64,000 bases of DNA from a bacterium (lineage in GTDB: Bacteria > Actinomycetota > Acidimicrobiia > Acidimicrobiales > CATQHL01): contig JAPPDX010000121.1 in the NCBI GenBank assembly GCA_028824415.1, positions 3,327 to 67,326 on the forward strand. The letters are read 5' to 3'. Positions 38,914 through 47,680 of this stretch are shown in pieces. Within the stretch, counting starts at the first letter, position 1. Each line of letters opens with the position of its first letter. The notes under the pieces were generated by a model. The model was not told the origin of the DNA. It ran no database searches and was given only the letters and a program-made list of their open reading frames with translations. The position numbers were made by a program, and so were the translations under genes.

Positions 38914-39927
38914 TCAGTCGTCGGACGGAAGGCCGATTTCGACGGGCTGCTCGATGGCCCGCCAGCATCGCACGAGATGGCCGGCCTCGGTTTCTCGGAG
39001 GGGTTGCGGCTCCTCGCAGCGGTCGACCGCGAACGGGCAGCGCAAACTCAGGCGGCAGCCCGGCTTCTTCGCCGCCTCCTCGCTGATCTCGCCGACGAGT
39101 CGCACCGGGTCGCCTGGGCGCGGGGGCTCGTCGAGCTCCGCGGCGTCGAGCAGGCCGCGGGTATACGGGTGCCGGGCGTTGGCGTAGACCTGATCCCGTG
39201 AGCCCACTTCCACGAACTGGCCCAGGTACATGACCGCCACCTGATCGGCCATGGCGTAGACCACCCGAAGGTCGTGGGCGACGAGCAGGTAGGCAAGCTC
39301 ATTGCGCTCCTGCAGGTCCAGCAGCAGGTTCACGATCTGGCCGCGGATCGAGACGTCCAGCGACGAGGTGGGTTCGTCCAGGAACAGCAACTCCGGCTCG
39401 GGGAGCAGCGAGCGGGCGATGCTGAGGCGCTGGAGCTGCCCGCCGCTGACCTGCGACGGCCGGCGATCGGCGATCTCGGGCTCCAGACCGACGCTCCGCA
39501 CCGCCTCGGCGATGGCCTCGTTCTGCTCGGCCCGGCTCTCGATGCCGCTGAGCCGGGTGAACTCGCGCAGGCTCGAGCGAATCGTCGTCTGCGGGTCAAA
39601 CGCCGCCAGCGGGTCTTGGAACACCATCTGCATGTGCCGGCGCTCCGGTCGGAAGTGGCGCTCCTTTATGTCCAGGATCTCGTCGCCGCGGAAGATCACC
39701 GTTCCGTCGGTCGCCGAGGTGAGCTTCAGCAGGACGCGACCCACCGTCGTCTTACCGGACCCGGACTCACCGACGATGGCGAACGTCTCGCCCGCGTGGA
39801 TCTCGAAGCTGACGCCGTCGACCGCGCGCGCGACGTGCTGGCGCAGCCGGGCGTCGCGCGTCACGTAGTCCTTGACCAACTCGCGGACCTCGACGACCGG
39901 ACCGGCGGCGGTGCTGTCGGCGTTCAT
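38914..39927 (-). CDS. ABC transporter ATP-binding protein (DppF/OppF type)
   Basis: Within ORF 38914..40029, ATG 39927 overlaps the upstream stop. GESGSGKTT Walker A, the LSGGQLQR signature and LLFLDEPTSSLD Walker B. Confidence 0.9.
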   Translation of the reverse strand: MNADSTAAGPVVEVRELVKDYVTRDARLRQHVARAVDGVSFEIHAGETFAIVGESGSGKTTVGRVLLKLTSATDGTVIFRGDEILDIKERHFRPERRHMQMVFQDPLAAFDPQTTIRSSLREFTRLSGIESRAEQNEAIAEAVRSVGLEPEIADRRPSQVSGGQLQRLSIARSLLPEPELLFLDEPTSSLDVSIRGQIVNLLLDLQERNELAYLLVAHDLRVVYAMADQVAVMYLGQFVEVGSRDQVYANARHPYTRGLLDAAELDEPPRPGDPVRLVGEISEEAAKKPGCRLSLRCPFAVDRCEEPQPLRETEAGHLVRCWRAIEQPVEIGLPSDD

Positions 39928-40946
39928 GCCTTCACACACGCCACGAGGCGGTCGTCGACCGGACGCAGCGCGGGGACGTCCTCTCGGCACTCGGGGCCGG
40001 CCAGGGGGCATCGGTCGGCGAAGGCGCACTCACCGAGCTCGCCGACCAGTGTCGGCACGACGCCGCTGATGGCGTACATCCGGCGCTGATCGACCGTCAC
40101 GAACGCCTTGAGCAGGGCGCTCGTGTACGGATTCTTCGGGCTCTCGACGACGGCGTCGGTCGGCCCGACCTCCATCACACGACCCGCGTACATGACCGTC
40201 GTCCGCTCGCAGTGGGCGCGGGCCACGGCGATGTCGTGGGTGATCAGCAACAGCGACGCATCCCGCGAGGCCACCTGCTCGACCACCAACTCCAGCACCT
40301 GCTGCTGCAGCGTGGCGTCGAGACCGGTGGTGGGTTCGTCGGCGATGAGCAGATCCGGACGGCAGGACAGCGCCATGGCCAGCGCGGCCCGCTGCGCCAT
40401 GCCGCCCGAATACTGGTGCACGTAGTCCTTGGCCCGGCGGCCGGCGTCGGGAATGCCCATCTCCGCCAGCAGGTCCACTGCCTGGGTCCAGCTCTCCCTG
40501 CGGCCGGCGTCGCCGTGCACCCGGATCACCTCGGCGATCTGCCCGCCCACGGTTAGGACGGGGTTCAGGGACGCACGGGGGTTCTGGAACATGATCGCCA
40601 TGCGACCGCCCCGCAACTCGCGCAGCCGGCGCTCGGGTGCGTCGATGAGCTCCTCGCCGTCGAGGCGGATGGAGCCCCGGATGACCTCGGCACCCTCGGG
40701 CAGGAGCCCCAGGACCGCCGCCGCGGTCAGGCTCTTGCCCGACCCGGACTCGCCGACGAGGGCCATCCGCTCGCCCGCGGCGACCTGCAGGCGGATCCCC
40801 TGCAGGGGAATGGAGCGCCGCTTGTCGGCCGAACCGAAGCCGACCGTCAGGTCGGACACGTCGAGAACGGGGATCTCGCCACCGTCCGGCGCCGCCGGAT
40901 CCACAGCGTGCGGAACCGTCATCCCGTTCCCGTCCGCGGCGCTCAC
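39924..40946 (-). CDS. ABC transporter ATP-binding protein (DppD/OppD type)
   Basis: Within ORF 39924..41081, GTG 40946 overlaps the permease stop (GTGA); ATG 40922 is the alternative start. GESGSGKSLT, YSGGMAQR and LLIADEPTTGLD. Confidence 0.85.
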   Translation of the reverse strand: MSAADGNGMTVPHAVDPAAPDGGEIPVLDVSDLTVGFGSADKRRSIPLQGIRLQVAAGERMALVGESGSGKSLTAAAVLGLLPEGAEVIRGSIRLDGEELIDAPERRLRELRGGRMAIMFQNPRASLNPVLTVGGQIAEVIRVHGDAGRRESWTQAVDLLAEMGIPDAGRRAKDYVHQYSGGMAQRAALAMALSCRPDLLIADEPTTGLDATLQQQVLELVVEQVASRDASLLLITHDIAVARAHCERTTVMYAGRVMEVGPTDAVVESPKNPYTSALLKAFVTVDQRRMYAISGVVPTLVGELGECAFADRCPLAGPECREDVPALRPVDDRLVACVKA

Positions 40947-41962
40947 GTCGTGTGCCTCACGCGATCGGAGAGCTGGTTCAGCGTCAGGACGGCGAACAGG
41001 ATCGCCAGGCCGGGGAACAGCGCCACCCACCACCGGCCGTAGACCAGTTGCTCGTAGCCGTCGCGCACCATGGCGCCCCATTCCGGTGTGGGAACGGGCA
41101 CGCCCAGGCCCACGAAACTGAGAGCCGCCAGAATCTGGATGGCCCAGGCCACGTTCACCGAGAACTGCGCCAGGACCACCTGCTTGACGTTGGGCAGGAT
41201 GTGACGCAACAGGATCCTGAGCACCGGCTGGCCGGCGCAGCGGGCCGCCAACACGAAGTCGGCATTGACGATGGGCGCCACGGCGCTGCGGGTGAGGCGC
41301 AGGTACACCGGCACGTTCACGATGGAGATGATGAAGATCAGGATGGGGATGCTCGGGCCGACGGCGGCCACGATGCCGAGCGCCAGCAGCAGGGTGGGGA
41401 AGGCCTGGAACGACTCCGAGATGCGCAGCAGCACCGAGTCGAACAGGCCGCCCCCTTTGATGTGCGCGGCGGCGAACACCGACAGCGCACCGAGGGGCAT
41501 GCCCACCACCACGGCGAGCGCTGCTGCGCTGAAGCCCACGCCCAGGTCGAGTTGTGCGCCGTGAATCACCCTGGCGAAGATGTCGCGGCCGTGCTGGTCG
41601 GTGCCGAACCAGAGGTCGCCGCCGGGCGCCCCCAGCGCCTCACCGACGTTCAGCATGAGCGGATCGCGCGTGAAGAGCGGCCCGATGAGGGCCAGCAGGA
41701 TCAGGGCCAGCATCACGGCCACGGCGGGGCGGACCTCTCGGCGCTGAGCGTCCCAGACAGCGGGGGCGATCAGGATCGCCAGCACGGTCAGGACCACGCG
41801 GAGCTCCCGCCACTCCGGATCCCACACGAGGGCGACGAGGAGGACCGCCATCATGGCGACGGCCACGAGAACGCGGACCGGTCGCGCACGGGCCGCGGCA
41901 ACGACCCGCCCGATTCCCTCCGGGGCGGTGCTGCCCGAGGCGCGCGGCGAGACGACGCTCAC
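40943..41962 (-). CDS. ABC transporter permease (DppC/OppC type)
   Basis: ORF track, 339 aa with six TM segments and an EAA-like loop ISESFQAFPTLLLALGIVA. The start overlaps the upstream stop. Confidence 0.85.
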   Translation of the reverse strand: MSVVSPRASGSTAPEGIGRVVAAARARPVRVLVAVAMMAVLLVALVWDPEWRELRVVLTVLAILIAPAVWDAQRREVRPAVAVMLALILLALIGPLFTRDPLMLNVGEALGAPGGDLWFGTDQHGRDIFARVIHGAQLDLGVGFSAAALAVVVGMPLGALSVFAAAHIKGGGLFDSVLLRISESFQAFPTLLLALGIVAAVGPSIPILIFIISIVNVPVYLRLTRSAVAPIVNADFVLAARCAGQPVLRILLRHILPNVKQVVLAQFSVNVAWAIQILAALSFVGLGVPVPTPEWGAMVRDGYEQLVYGRWWVALFPGLAILFAVLTLNQLSDRVRHTT

Positions 41963-42966
41963 GTGCGCGTCCTCGGGTCGATGATGAAGTGCAGGATGTC
42001 CATCACCAGGTAGACCAGGATGTAGCTGCAGGCGCTAAGCAACACGGCGGCGAGCACGGGCGCGTAGTCCGAGGCGGCGATGGAGTCGATGGCGTACTTG
42101 CCTATGCCGGGCCAGGCGAACACGAACTCCACCAGCACCGTGCCGCCCAGCAGGTAGCCGTACATGAGGGCCACCATCGTGGACACCGGCAGCAACACGT
42201 TCGGCAGGGCGTGACGGAGGACGATCGAGCGCTCCGGCACGCCCAGCGCCCGCGCAGAGCGGATGTGGTGCGAGGCCATGGTCTCGCGCATGAACCCGCG
42301 GGTGACCCTCAACAGCGGCCCGCCGGTGGTGATGGCCAGCGTGATGGCCGGCAGGGCGAGCTGCGCCAGCGACGAGCGCAGCGCCCCCCAGTCGCCCGCG
42401 ATCACCGAGTCGAGCGTGTAGAGCCCCGTGACCTCCGGCGGTACCGTCCCCAGCGACCGCCCGATGGGCGCGGGCGCGAAGTCCAGGTGGAAGAAGAAGA
42501 CCAGGATCAGGATGATTCCCAGCCAGAACTCGGGGATCGACACGCCCAGCCCCGAGGCCACGTTGGCCAAGCGGTCCGAGAGCGATCGTCGCCGCAGGGC
42601 AGAGACAATGCCGAACGGCACCGACCAGCAGATCGACAGGATCGCCGCGGCCGTGGCCAACTCGATGGTGGCCGGCCAGCGGTCGGCGATGTCGGTCGTC
42701 ACGGGGTTCTTGGTGCGCCAGCTGTCACCCAGGTCGCCGGAGAAGAGTTGGCGCATGTAGTGGCCGTACTGGTTGATGATCGGCTCGTCGAGGCCCAGGC
42801 GCTCGATGACAGCCTCGACGGTTGACTCGTCGGCCTGTACGCCGACGATCAGGTATGCGGGATTGCCGGGCAGGACCCGCGTGACGACGAATGTGATGAG
42901 TGACACGCCGAACAACGCCACCACCAGGAACACCAGGCGGCGACCGATGTAGATGGCGAGCGGCAC
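41959..42966 (-). CDS. ABC transporter permease (DppB/OppB type)
   Basis: ORF track, 335 aa. MPLAIYIGRRLVFLVVALFGVSLITFVVTRVLPGNPA is the typical DppB N-terminus. Confidence 0.9.
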   Translation of the reverse strand: MPLAIYIGRRLVFLVVALFGVSLITFVVTRVLPGNPAYLIVGVQADESTVEAVIERLGLDEPIINQYGHYMRQLFSGDLGDSWRTKNPVTTDIADRWPATIELATAAAILSICWSVPFGIVSALRRRSLSDRLANVASGLGVSIPEFWLGIILILVFFFHLDFAPAPIGRSLGTVPPEVTGLYTLDSVIAGDWGALRSSLAQLALPAITLAITTGGPLLRVTRGFMRETMASHHIRSARALGVPERSIVLRHALPNVLLPVSTMVALMYGYLLGGTVLVEFVFAWPGIGKYAIDSIAASDYAPVLAAVLLSACSYILVYLVMDILHFIIDPRTRT

Positions 42967-43022
42967 CTCAGCGCTCCCTGAGCGATCCTCCGACCGGGGC
43001 GATCGGGCGGTGGGTCACGAAC

Positions 43023-43769
43023 TCAGAACTTCCGGCCTGCGCCGGCCAGCATCTCGGCGTAGCGGACCGGTGTGATCAGTGGGTCCAGCACCGGCACGGG
43101 CACCCGGTCGCGAACCGGATCCAGCAGGCCCGACCAGATCGTGCAGGCGAAGAACAGCACCGAGGCGTCGTGGTCGCGCCAGGCCGCCTCGGCGGCGTCG
43201 CCCGCCGGTCCCGCGATCGACGACGCCATCCCGTTGCGAACCGTGGCCCGCAGCTTCCGCGGATCCTCGGCAAGCAGCTCCTCCACCAGATCGGCGGGCG
43301 GGTGCGGGCAAGGCGCCGAGAACACGCCCGCGAAGATCGAGTCGCCCCCGTACGAACTCACGAGGCGGCGCGCCCAGTTGGCGTCCTGGGGCAGGTTCTC
43401 ACCCTCGCCACTCTCGATGCGCGGCGCCACGACGGCCAGCCGCCCGAAGGCGCGCCCGGTGGCGATGGCGGCCTCCATGGGCGCCGTGACCGGGATCGAC
43501 ACGAGCTCCTTCGCATCCACCAACCCCGGATCGGAGGCACAGCCGATCACGACCGCGTCGAAGCCGTCGCTCTCTCCCTGCTCCACGGCCGACAGCAGCT
43601 GGTTCATGAGCAGTGACGCGGCGGGCAGGAACGCCGTCTCGGGTACGCCGGTGCCGGCGAGCGAGCGCACCGTCAACTCGGTATCCGAACTGAGTGCGGG
43701 TCGCACCACCTCGTCGACGAGCTCGTCGTAGACGTTCACTCCCAGCGGGTTGATCAGCAGAATGCGCAT
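43023..43769 (-). CDS. Asp/Glu/hydantoin racemase family protein
   Basis: ORF track, 248 aa. MRILLINPLG..., DAVVIGCASDPGL and VLFFACTIWSG carry the two catalytic-Cys contexts of the family. Confidence 0.8.
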   Translation of the reverse strand: MRILLINPLGVNVYDELVDEVVRPALSSDTELTVRSLAGTGVPETAFLPAASLLMNQLLSAVEQGESDGFDAVVIGCASDPGLVDAKELVSIPVTAPMEAAIATGRAFGRLAVVAPRIESGEGENLPQDANWARRLVSSYGGDSIFAGVFSAPCPHPPADLVEELLAEDPRKLRATVRNGMASSIAGPAGDAAEAAWRDHDASVLFFACTIWSGLLDPVRDRVPVPVLDPLITPVRYAEMLAGAGRKF

Positions 43770-43841
43770 GGCGGGCGCCTCCTCGGTTGTGGTCTCACTC
43801 GGTCGTGTGGTCGTTCGTCGCGGGTGGCGGTTCCGGGTGCT

Positions 43842-45863
43842 TCAGGACCGGCGCAGCACGAGGTGGCCCCGCGCCGAGACGGTCGCCGTCCAGGAGGGCG
43901 GCACAAGGGTCGTGCAGGCATCCTCGAGGACGACGGCCGGGCCGTCGATGGCGGCGGTGGCCGGGAGGGCCTCGCGGCGATGCACTGGCGTCTCCCACCA
44001 GGAGTCCTCGAACCACGTGCGCTCGACGGCGACCGGCTCACCCGCCGCGCCGGTCGGCAGGTCGACGGCCGAAGGCCGCTGCAACGAGCCGCGGGCCGCC
44101 ATCCGCAGGTTCACGAACTCCACGTCCTCGGCCGGATTGCTGTGCCCGTAGCGCACCTCGTGCGCCTCCGCGAAGCGCTGGGGCAGATCCGCCAGCATCT
44201 GCTCGGTGGGCTCGTCGGTCCCCAGCGGGAGCGTGACCGTGTACTCCTGGCCGACGTATCGCAGATCCGCCGACGGCTCCAGGTCGATGGCGCGCTCGTC
44301 GACGCCGTCCTCCTTGGCCAGCAGGCGGGCACGCTCGGCCAGTTCGGCAAGCGTGGCCTCCAGCGTCGCCGGTTCGACTTCGGCGACACCGACGTAGAAG
44401 CTCTGCACGACGTCGTGGCGGATGTCGGCGTGCAGCATGCCGTACGCCGACAGGACGCCGGGATCGCCGGGCACGATGACCGTGTCGATCTCCAGTTCGT
44501 CAGCCAGGGCCGTGGCGTGCAGCGGTCCGGCGCCGCCGAAGGCCACGAGGGCGAAGCTGCGCGGATCGATGCCGCGCAGCACCGTGATCTCGCGTATGGC
44601 ATTTGCCATCGTGGCGTCGGCGACCGCCACGATGCCCGTGGCGAGCTCGTCGGCGTCCAGTCCCAGCGTCTCGCCGACGGCGTTCAGCGCAGCGGTGGCC
44701 GCGCCGGCCTCGAGAGCCATGCCGCCTGCCAGGCGGGCCACGGACGGGAGGCGGCCCAGGCGCAGGTTGGCGTCGGTGACGGTGGGCTCGAGCCCTCCGG
44801 TGCCGTAGCACGCCGGTCCCGGTTCGGCGCCGGCCGAGCGCGGGCCCACGCGCAGGCCGCCGGCCGACACGTGGCCGACGCTGCCGCCGCCGGCACCGAT
44901 CGTGTGGATGGCGACCGTCGGCGAGAGCACGGGATGGCGCTCGAGTTCGGACTCCAACTCCACGTCGGCCTCGCCGTCGACCACCAGGCTCACGTCGAAG
45001 GACGTGCCGCCCATGTCGATACAGATGAGGCGGCTGACGTCCACCTCGTCACGCAGATCCTCGGCCACCGCCACGCAGGCGATCGTGCCTCCGACCGGAC
45101 CGGAGAAGAGCGTCTGGATCGCCTTGCGGCGGGCCATCGCCGCCATCATCACACCGCCGTTGGACTGCATCACCCGCAGTGGACCGCGCAGCCCGCGGTC
45201 GCTGACCTCCTGCTCCAACTCGGCGAGGTAGTTCTGCACGATGGGCGCCACGTAGGCGGCGATCACCGTGGTACTCGTCCGCTCGTACTCGCGCCACTCC
45301 GGCGCGATCTCGTGACTGCAGACAACCGCCAGCCCGCTGGCGACGTCGGCCAGCACCTCGGCCACCCGCTGCTCGTGGTCGGGATTGGCGTAGGAGTGCA
45401 GGAAGCAGATGGCGACCGCATCGAACTCCGCGGCGAGGCGGCGCCCCAGGATTCGCACGGTGTCCTCGTCGGGCTCGATCAGCGACGAGCCGTCGGCCGA
45501 GGTGCGCTCGTCGATCTCGAAGATCCAGCGCCTCGGCACCAGCGGCGTCGGTTGCCGGTACTTCACGTTGTACATGTCGGGGCGATTCGCCCGACCCAGT
45601 TCGTAGACGTCGCGGAAGCCGCGGGTGGTCAGCAGGGCAACGCGGGCGCCCCGGCGCTCGAGGAACGCATTGAGCCCGGCGGTGGTCCCGTGGGTGATGG
45701 AGTCCAGGGCTCCCCAGTCCACCTCCAGTTGCTCGAGTGCCTCCAGCACACCGTCGTGCAGCCGGCGGGGCGTCGTCAGGACCTTGGCCGTACGGATACG
45801 CCCGTCGTCGTCCACGGACACCGCATCGGTGAACGTCCCGCCTATGTCAACCCCGACCCGCAT
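43842..45863 (-). CDS. hyuA: Hydantoinase A / oxoprolinase family protein
   Basis: ORF track, 673 aa. MRVGVDIGGTFTDAV..., IDMGGTSFDVS. GGAGGAG SD upstream. Confidence 0.9.
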   Translation of the reverse strand: MRVGVDIGGTFTDAVSVDDDGRIRTAKVLTTPRRLHDGVLEALEQLEVDWGALDSITHGTTAGLNAFLERRGARVALLTTRGFRDVYELGRANRPDMYNVKYRQPTPLVPRRWIFEIDERTSADGSSLIEPDEDTVRILGRRLAAEFDAVAICFLHSYANPDHEQRVAEVLADVASGLAVVCSHEIAPEWREYERTSTTVIAAYVAPIVQNYLAELEQEVSDRGLRGPLRVMQSNGGVMMAAMARRKAIQTLFSGPVGGTIACVAVAEDLRDEVDVSRLICIDMGGTSFDVSLVVDGEADVELESELERHPVLSPTVAIHTIGAGGGSVGHVSAGGLRVGPRSAGAEPGPACYGTGGLEPTVTDANLRLGRLPSVARLAGGMALEAGAATAALNAVGETLGLDADELATGIVAVADATMANAIREITVLRGIDPRSFALVAFGGAGPLHATALADELEIDTVIVPGDPGVLSAYGMLHADIRHDVVQSFYVGVAEVEPATLEATLAELAERARLLAKEDGVDERAIDLEPSADLRYVGQEYTVTLPLGTDEPTEQMLADLPQRFAEAHEVRYGHSNPAEDVEFVNLRMAARGSLQRPSAVDLPTGAAGEPVAVERTWFEDSWWETPVHRREALPATAAIDGPAVVLEDACTTLVPPSWTATVSARGHLVLRRS

Positions 45864-45973
45864 CCAACTCTCCTCCCTGCGACTGGCGCGATCCTAGACG
45901 CGCCCGTGCGCAGCGACACTTGTCCAGCGCGCCGTCGGGAGAATCCCCGGCGGCGCCCTCAAGGACGGGGTCG

Positions 45974-45999
45974 GCCGGGGGCTGGTGGCAGCCCCCGGC
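45974..45999 (-). terminator. GC hairpin downstream of amt (possible tail-less terminator)
   Basis: GCCGGGGGCT-GGTGGC-AGCCCCCGGC, a perfect 10-bp stem 4 nt after the amt stop. There is no U-tract. Confidence 0.35.
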
Positions 46000-46002
46000 G
46001 TC

Positions 46003-47397
46003 TTACAGTTGCTCGTAGGCGCGCTCGTCGCGGGGCATGGGATCGGTCGGATAGGCGCCGGCGCCGTGCTCGGCGAGGTCGAGGCCCCGGGCCTCCTCCG
46101 CAGCGGAGACGCGCAACACGCCGAAGCGGCGCAGCGCCGCGAACAGGATCCCCGTCGTCACCACGGTCCAGGCCAGCACGATCAGCACGAAGACGAACTG
46201 CACGAGCAGCTGCCAGCCGCCGCCGCCGTAGAACAGCCCGGCGTTGTCCCTGCCCAGGAAGGCGTCGTCGTAGCGGGCGAACAGGCCGACGGCGAGCGTT
46301 CCCCACACGCCGCAGACGCCGTGCACGGACACGGCGCCCACCGGGTCGTCGACACCCCTGCGCTCGACGAAGAACACCGAGTACACGACGAGCACGCCGG
46401 CCACCGCCCCGGTCACCAGCGCCCCCAGCACGTTCATGGTGGCGCAACCGGCCGTGATTCCCACGAGACCCGCCAGGGTGCCGTTGCCGGCCATGGCCAC
46501 GTCCGGCTTGCCGGTCTTCAGCCACACCATGGCGCCGGCGGCCAGAGTGCTCGCCGCCGCAGCCACGGCCGTGTTGAAGGCGACGACCATCACCACGCCG
46601 TCGGCCGCAAGCTCCGAGCCGGCGTTGAAGCCGAACCAGCCCAACCACAGGATGAACACGCCAAGGATCGTCATCGGCATCGAATGGCCCGGGATCGGTC
46701 GCGGCGCTCCGTTCGGTCCGTACTTCCCGAGGCGTGGTCCCAGAAAGATGGCCCCCATGAGCGCCGCCCAGCCGCCGGTGGAGTGCACGACGGTGGAGCC
46801 GGCGAAATCGCTGTAGACGGCACCGCCGATGGAGATGTCGGCGATCAGGCCACCGCCCCAGGTCCAGTGCACAACCATCGGGTAGATGAAGGCGGTCATC
46901 GCCAGGCTGAAGAGCAGGTACGCCTTGAAGCGGGCCCGCTCGGCCATCGCGCCCGAGGCGATGGTGACCGCCGTGGCGGCGAACACCACCTGGAAGAAGA
47001 AGAACGTCGCCGTCGACAGGTTTCCGACCCCGCTGGACCCGGTCTCGAAGAGGGCACTGCCGGAGAGGAAGAACCCCTCGGTCCCCCACCAGGCGTTACC
47101 GGCCCCGAAGGCGAGGCCATAGCCCACCGCCAGGAAGGCCAGCACGCCCACGCTCATGTCGGCCAGGTTCTTGGCCATGATGTTCGTGACGTTCTTTGCC
47201 CGGGTCAGCCCGGCTTCGAGCAGGGCGAACCCCGCCTGCATGAAGAAGACGAGGGCGCCGGCCACCAGCACCCAGATGTTGTCCAGGACCGCCTGCACGG
47301 CTTCGGACGGATCGGCGGTCTGGGCCGCCGCAGGCGTGCTCAGGAGCGCGACGACGGCGCCGATGACGCCGAGCGCCACCAATGTTCGACGTTTCAC
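46003..47397 (-). CDS. amt: Ammonium transporter (Amt family) with signal peptide
   Basis: Within ORF 46003..47973, GTG 47397 is preceded by GAGAGGGA and gives VKRRTLVALGVIGAVVALLSTPAAAQT... FFMQAGFALLEAG and VHGVCGVWGTLAVGLF are Amt signatures. Confidence 0.9.
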   Translation of the reverse strand: MKRRTLVALGVIGAVVALLSTPAAAQTADPSEAVQAVLDNIWVLVAGALVFFMQAGFALLEAGLTRAKNVTNIMAKNLADMSVGVLAFLAVGYGLAFGAGNAWWGTEGFFLSGSALFETGSSGVGNLSTATFFFFQVVFAATAVTIASGAMAERARFKAYLLFSLAMTAFIYPMVVHWTWGGGLIADISIGGAVYSDFAGSTVVHSTGGWAALMGAIFLGPRLGKYGPNGAPRPIPGHSMPMTILGVFILWLGWFGFNAGSELAADGVVMVVAFNTAVAAAASTLAAGAMVWLKTGKPDVAMAGNGTLAGLVGITAGCATMNVLGALVTGAVAGVLVVYSVFFVERRGVDDPVGAVSVHGVCGVWGTLAVGLFARYDDAFLGRDNAGLFYGGGGWQLLVQFVFVLIVLAWTVVTTGILFAALRRFGVLRVSAAEEARGLDLAEHGAGAYPTDPMPRDERAYEQL

Positions 47398-47569
47398 GGG
47401 AGTCCCTCTCTGGTCGAGTCGTGTTTGCTCCGCCCGACGCTGGACGAAAGGGCGACTCCCTTGGCGCACCGGCACCGTACCCTGCGGGTCGGCAGTTGCC
47501 ACCCGCCGACATCGGCCGGCACGCAGTGATCGCTGTGACACCAGCCCGAGGTTCACGAAAATCGCTGCG

Positions 47570-47680
47570 AAGGAGCGCCGATGCCCGTAACCTCGCCGGC
47601 GGGATGAGCATTCCAACGCCTTGCGGCCGGGCACTTTCGTGCCTGCGCCGATGCCCGTAGCCTCAGCGGCGGTATGAGCA
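47570..47680 (+). promoter_or_regulatory. Duplicated 36-nt leader module with SD and overlapping mini-ORFs upstream of the Fe-S oxidoreductase gene
   Basis: The copies are GCGCCGATGCCCGTAACCTCGCCGGCGGGATGAGCA (47575-47610) and GCGCCGATGCCCGTAGCCTCAGCGGCGGTATGAGCA (47645-47680). AAGGAG is at 47570-47575. The mini-ORFs are 47581-47607 (MPVTSPAG), 47604-47660 (MSIPTPCGRALSCLRRCP) and 47651-47677 (MPVASAAV). The first ends in an ATGA overlap with the second ORF and the third with the main ORF. Confidence 0.5.

Noticed and set aside
43824-46457. 877-aa plus-strand ORF, and similar long plus-strand ORFs at 2051..3946, 33273..34700, 34084..36456, 37883..39187 and 45985..47529
   Set aside because: All are antisense to well-supported minus-strand genes (hyuA/amt, the subunit I-like gene, SDR/M24, hyuB and others) and have Arg/Gly/Pro-rich junk composition.
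47555-47580. GlnR-type box (gTnAc-N6-GaAAc) around GTTCACGAAAATCGCTGCGAAGGAG in the amt upstream region
   Set aside because: Only the first half-site fits. The spacing to any GaAAc-like second half-site is wrong on both strands.
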